From: Oopsacas minuta
Lineage: Eukaryota; Animalia; Porifera
Assembly: GCA_024704765.1 (NCBI GenBank)
Contig: JAKMXF010000111.1
Coordinates: 1,561,627-1,625,626 of the forward strand
Length of the DNA: 64,000 nucleotides
Direction of reading: 5' to 3'
Position numbers and translations under genes: made by a program. Numbering within the stretch: position 1 is the stretch's first letter; every line of letters begins with the position of its first letter. The notes beneath the pieces are model-generated. The model saw nothing but the letters and a program-made list of their open reading frames with translations. It was not told where the DNA came from and searched no databases. Shown piece by piece: positions 59,551-64,000 of the stretch.

Positions 59551-59972
59551 TTACGGCAGTCTTGACACCTTGGGTTGGGTTGCTTCAATACCCTTGAGCA
59601 ACGTTTCCTCCAAAGCGTGTTAAGCGTCAATTAATGCGCTTCCCCACTGAAAAACGCTGCTCGTAGTTCGAGGTTATTTATATGCAACTAGCTTTCCTCA
59701 AATGTCCAGACTCCATGTGCATGTTCGGTTTATGTTGATCATTTAAGAAGAATCTGAGCTGTGTTCATTAAGGACTCTCGTTGATCCACCAGGTAAGGTC
59801 CGTATGACATATTTCCGTATTGTCACATGGTGATCGTAGGAACTGATTGTAGTTACATTGATCAGGTCGTACTGCAAGTTATGTAGTACAGTGAGGCGGG
59901 TAGTATTGCAGTTTTCGTATGAGTCATTAGGTCGGTCAGATGGGCAATGTTCTGAGCTGTGTCGCTCTCCAT
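59551..59972 (-). mobile_element. Decayed DIRS1-type (tyrosine recombinase) retrotransposon fragment, RT connection/RNase H region
   Basis: With frameshifts: IAHLTDLMTHTKTAILPASLY / HNLQYDLI..SYDHHVTI / DLTWWINES / AHGVWTFEES*LHINNLELRAAFF. The last block matches the DIRS RNase H motif G.W...E...HIN.LEL.A. Confidence 0.7.
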
Positions 59973-60404
59973 AATTAGTAGTTTGTACCAAAATTAAATT
60001 TTGTTCAATGTTGGTTTGGGTATTACATTTCCTAGAAAAATATCTCCGTCTGAGGGTGGCTAAACTTTATTAATCGCTCTGGTAACTATATCTATTCGAG
60101 TAAATACGGCCTATCCTATCTACTGCACGTAACACACATATTTGACTTGAGGAAAAATAGTCTTTCCTTCCTTTTAGGGTCTGGTATCGTAAATATTTGA
60201 GAACACTTCCGCGTGTCGTCCATTTATTGTGGCTTTTCATATTGATTGTAATACATATTCATGTTGTAATGCCAAAATTCAAGTAATTCCGCCTATAACA
60301 CTTCCCTCTCTCAATTTTATATTCGGATAATACGTACTTCGGATAGTAAGTACTATTTTCGTTTGAACTTACCCGAGCTCTATTGTACGTTATATTAATT
60401 AAAT

Positions 60405-61040
60405 GCGTCCTCGCGGAGGTACGGAGATGCGAATTGGTTTCCACCAAGATAATATTTGGATTTATATATTCCCAGTATTCGATAATTCCCTCACTTGGAG
60501 GTACTTCCGTAATTGGAGAATATTGTTCCAGATAGCCCCTCCAGTTTTAACACCGTACACCTCTGTTACTGTACGTACTTTTTTGTTCCCCAAGCCTGCG
60601 CTTTTAAGTCTTAACCACGTTTATTTAACCAAAGATTGCCCAATGAAAATTTCCTCGACACGCTTCCTCGAAATCTCAAATCTGAAATTGCCTTACAGTA
60701 GTGGTCTTCAACAATTTCTGAACATAAGCGTTTCGATCTTAGCTTATTACTAAAGTCCCTTCAGAGAGTGTTGATAATACAAGGAATGGATTCGTATTTG
60801 GAAATGGCTAGAGAACTCCTAAAAAGAAATTCTGTATTATTCTACCGCTATTGGATGAAGAATGAATTCTAGACATGAATATGTGTAACCGAGAAATAGA
60901 AGTTCGAGGTTAATGAATCTATCATTATCTAAATAGAATTGTATACTAAGAGTACGAATGGTTCCGAATTCCAGGTCTATTTCAATGATCCTATATAAGC
61001 CATTTCGTTCCAGGACATTCTCCACATAATGCATTTATAT
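60405..61040 (+). pseudogene. Decayed cyclic-nucleotide-gated/CNBD channel fragment (pore-S6-C-linker-CNBD start)
   Basis: YGD pore-like motif (~60420); IIFGFIY (S6-like); C-linker QRLPNENFLDTLPRNLKSEIALQ* at 60630-60701 (cf. CNGA VLKSLPDKLKAEIAINV); then LLLKSLQRVLII.G and a frameshifted REIEV. Several stops and frameshifts. Confidence 0.5.
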
Positions 61041-63541
61041 TATGGTACAAGAGTACAAGAATATGTGCTCAGCTGGATAGGCTGAAACAAAAATCCTTTA
61101 GAATTTTGATGTTGATGTAGTAAGTGTTTATTGTATTATGACAAGTATAAACTGCACATAATGTTAACAATTTAACACTATTATGCATAATATGGTATTT
61201 ATACATTGTTGATGACATTTGGTGGATGGGGGGTGACCTATATATTCATAATTTAGTATATACTGTAATATATAGAATATATTTAAATTTGAATATCTTA
61301 GTGCATCCATGGTACAAATATTTTAGTGACTGCCATTACCTTAGTGTATAGAATGCTATGATTCAGTGTTCCTAAGGTTTTTGGGGGACGAAATGATATA
61401 TACACAATTTCAGCTAGTTAGGTATTTATGAGTCTTGGATAATTCTTTGTCAAACCATCCAATGATTTCACCAACTATCTACGATTGGTTCGAAGCCTTG
61501 CACACTGCAAGTCGGTTACTAGTTTATAGTATCCTGAAAATTACAACACATTCCATCTGATAGATTTCAAGAAAATCAATTTTGAATTTCCGAAATCATC
61601 TCGAAAATTCCAAAATCGGGCATTTTAGAAATTTGGCAAAGTGTTAATATCTTTGGTTTAAAAAGTTTTTAAATTGACTTGAAAGTTACCCATTTTAAGT
61701 TAATTAAACATCAGAGAGCATGATAGATTCATTTCCATACTGATTTGGCACAATTTTAGGTTGAACTTGGAATAAGTTCATTTTACGAAATGTAGCACAA
61801 GGCCGTGAGGATTGTTAAGTGATGGTTGTTTATCATGATTCTTGCTCTTGGGGATATCTCAATATGATAGAAAAATTGGGAGGTTCCCATCAATTCCCTC
61901 TGAATTATGTGCAATGACGTCACATTGACCTCTCCATATTTGAAGACGTAATCTTAATTATTGTGATTCCTCATATCATATAATATTCTATTTTTTTGTA
62001 CTGCTACGCTTAGAATTTAACGGTCCCAACTGTTACTTAAAGGATCTATCAAATTTTATGATAATTATCATTTACTTCTTAATTATAAGGACTGTCGACT
62101 CCAACTCATTGTTATTTCAAAACTATTCAGTAATTTGTTATAAAATGTATTATTGTTGAATAAGAAGTTGTACATGGGGAGTGTGTATTGCACAAATTTT
62201 CTGGTTTTTGAGTTTGCGGTTATCACACTTTTACATATGTGAATATACATATATGTGGTATATTGCTTAAAATTCGGAAACAGCTGAAGTTAGACCTGAA
62301 ATATGTACTACGATTGAAGGGGAAGTTGTACATGGAGCCTATTGACCCGGTTGGCTTATCCATAACATTTTATATACTAAGACAATGAATATATTGAAAT
62401 TTTGGACCGGGGACAGTTTTGGCATTATTGATGACTACGCAATTTTCGAGAGTCAACAATTGTATCGATATATTAATTTTACTCACAAATCTTCATTGAT
62501 TCTATTAAAGAATAATTATTCACAGCAGTTAACAGCTATTATAGGAAAGGTTTTAACCACCCCCTTAATTTGTTAAGCAATCCCAGTCCTGAAATATAAT
62601 TAAAAAAGGTAAGTAAATACTCAGGAAGACCCAAAATTATATGGGGGGGGGCTCAGCCAGTGGCGTATCTAGGATTTTGAAACTAAGAGGCCTAGACAAA
62701 AGAATCATAAAGGCTTAAAATTTGACACAAAAATGCTGAAAACACTGACATTTTTGAATTTTGTTCCTAACTAATTATACAGAAAAAATAATGTATTAAT
62801 TCAGTTAACCAGCAAATATCGAATGTAATTCTACTGATATCAACTGCTAGTCTACTACAGATATATTAACTCAAGCATGAATATGTATTACATGATAAAC
62901 GAGGACAGTGTTGGGGTTGGTTAACCAAATTAAGTGGGTGGTTAAAACCTGTTAGAAAATATCGATTAACCGGTTAACCGATGCATTGTGCAATTATTCT
63001 AAAATCTAATCATTGAAGTTTGGTAACTAAAATTGAAAAAACAATTCTATATATGCGTTTGCGATGCGATTATAACTTATAAAACAATTGGAATTTGACG
63101 GACGTATAACTTCTCATAAATACCTTATAAGCAGAATTCGTGTACGTATATAGAAATTCGTACGAATATATTAGTGAAAAATGACACCATTCGGTTAAAC
63201 GAATAAATTTTCTGCTAGCAGTTAACTTGATATAGTGGTGGTTAACCGGCTAACCGAATCCAGCCATGATAAGGATATGATACCGGTGGCGAAATATTTG
63301 GCCATACCGGGTCTAAAGATAGCCGGACCACAAATATCTGATATATTTGGTATGGTTAACGTATTAAACTAGAGAGGAGCTCTAGGATCGTGCTACGAAT
63401 CAGGATTATATAAGCCCTACTTACCAAATTCTTTAATTTTTTCGATTCATGGAAAAAACTAAGACAAGCAAAATGCTTTCCTCTTAGATGAATAAATTAA
63501 GGCGCCTTGATTTTTAGCTCAAAAGTACAAATTCACAGATT

Positions 63542-63840
63542 TATCATATGATTAATTAATCATCATTCCACACCTTTTTGAAATATTTCGAAATAATGCT
63601 AGAAGTTTTGTTTCAACGGCTTTTAGGGGTAATCGCGTATGGCTATTCAAATTTATATCTATATGATTTATCATATGATTAATCTTATTTTCACACCTTT
63701 TGGCATAAATTTCAAGTTTATGCTAGAGATTTCGTTTCAACTGTTAGTCAGGGCTAATCGATTATGAAGATTCCAATTTTGACATTTCAAATCTAAATCT
63801 AAATGATTGATCATATGATTCATCTAATTTTCACACCTTC
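63542..63840 (+). repeat. Degenerate tandem repeat, ~2.3 units of 127-140 bp
   Basis: ATCATATGATT..TTT(C/T)CACACCTT recurs at 63542, 63669 and 63809. Confidence 0.6.
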
Positions 63841-63849
63841 GTACGTAAA

Positions 63850-64000
63850 CAGTAGTACTCAGTTAAGACGAACTCGCTTGGGAAACAAAAAAAAGTATGT
63901 CTTACCCGAGTATATCTTATTGGGGTACGTATAAACCGAGGTTGTCAGTATCAGTATGATTCTACATACATAGTATGAATACTTACCTCGAAATAATCAA
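63850..64000 (+). mobile_element. 5' part of a Tc1/mariner-type MITE, same family as 30787-31128
   Basis: CAGTAGTACTCAGTTAAGACGAACTCGCTTGGGAA matches 30787-30822. Confidence 0.65.

Noticed and set aside
1-64000. rRNA, tRNA or other structured ncRNA genes
   Set aside because: I recognised no conserved rRNA segments, cloverleafs or snRNA motifs by eye. tRNAscan-SE and Infernal/Rfam would be needed to exclude them.

Overview
This is AT-rich eukaryotic (animal) genomic DNA, not prokaryotic: GT-AG introns, intronless animal genes, and many DNA-transposon and Helitron derivatives. The gene content and the coiled-coil+NHL repeat family resemble a glass-sponge (Oopsacas-like) genome, but that assignment is inference. 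The first ~7.3 kb is a decay zone: an NHL-family remnant, an NDST pseudogene, back-to-back truncated P-element and Merlin/ISXO2 transposases, and a frameshifted NHL gene. Intact intronless CCDC57-like, INTS9 and NHL genes follow. The main feature is a 33-kb, 15-exon DNHD1-type dynein heavy chain gene (21052-53943, +). I assembled it by hand; every splice phase is compatible, giving 13500 nt / 4499 aa. Its two largest introns each contain a complete intronless antisense gene, CATSPER2 (intron 8) and SEPT7 (intron 12). Downstream are three features the ORF track misses: the 3' exons of a VPS9-domain (Rab5-GEF) gene on the minus strand, a DIRS retrotransposon remnant, and a decayed cyclic-nucleotide-gated channel fragment. 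CFAP410 lies on the plus strand and is possibly nested in the VPS9 gene. The best candidate for an undescribed system is this nested cilium/sperm-flagellum gene neighbourhood. Introns and intergenic DNA carry a family of mini-Helitrons plus hAT, Tc1/pogo and TTAA-type MITEs. I recognised no rRNA, tRNA or CRISPR array.
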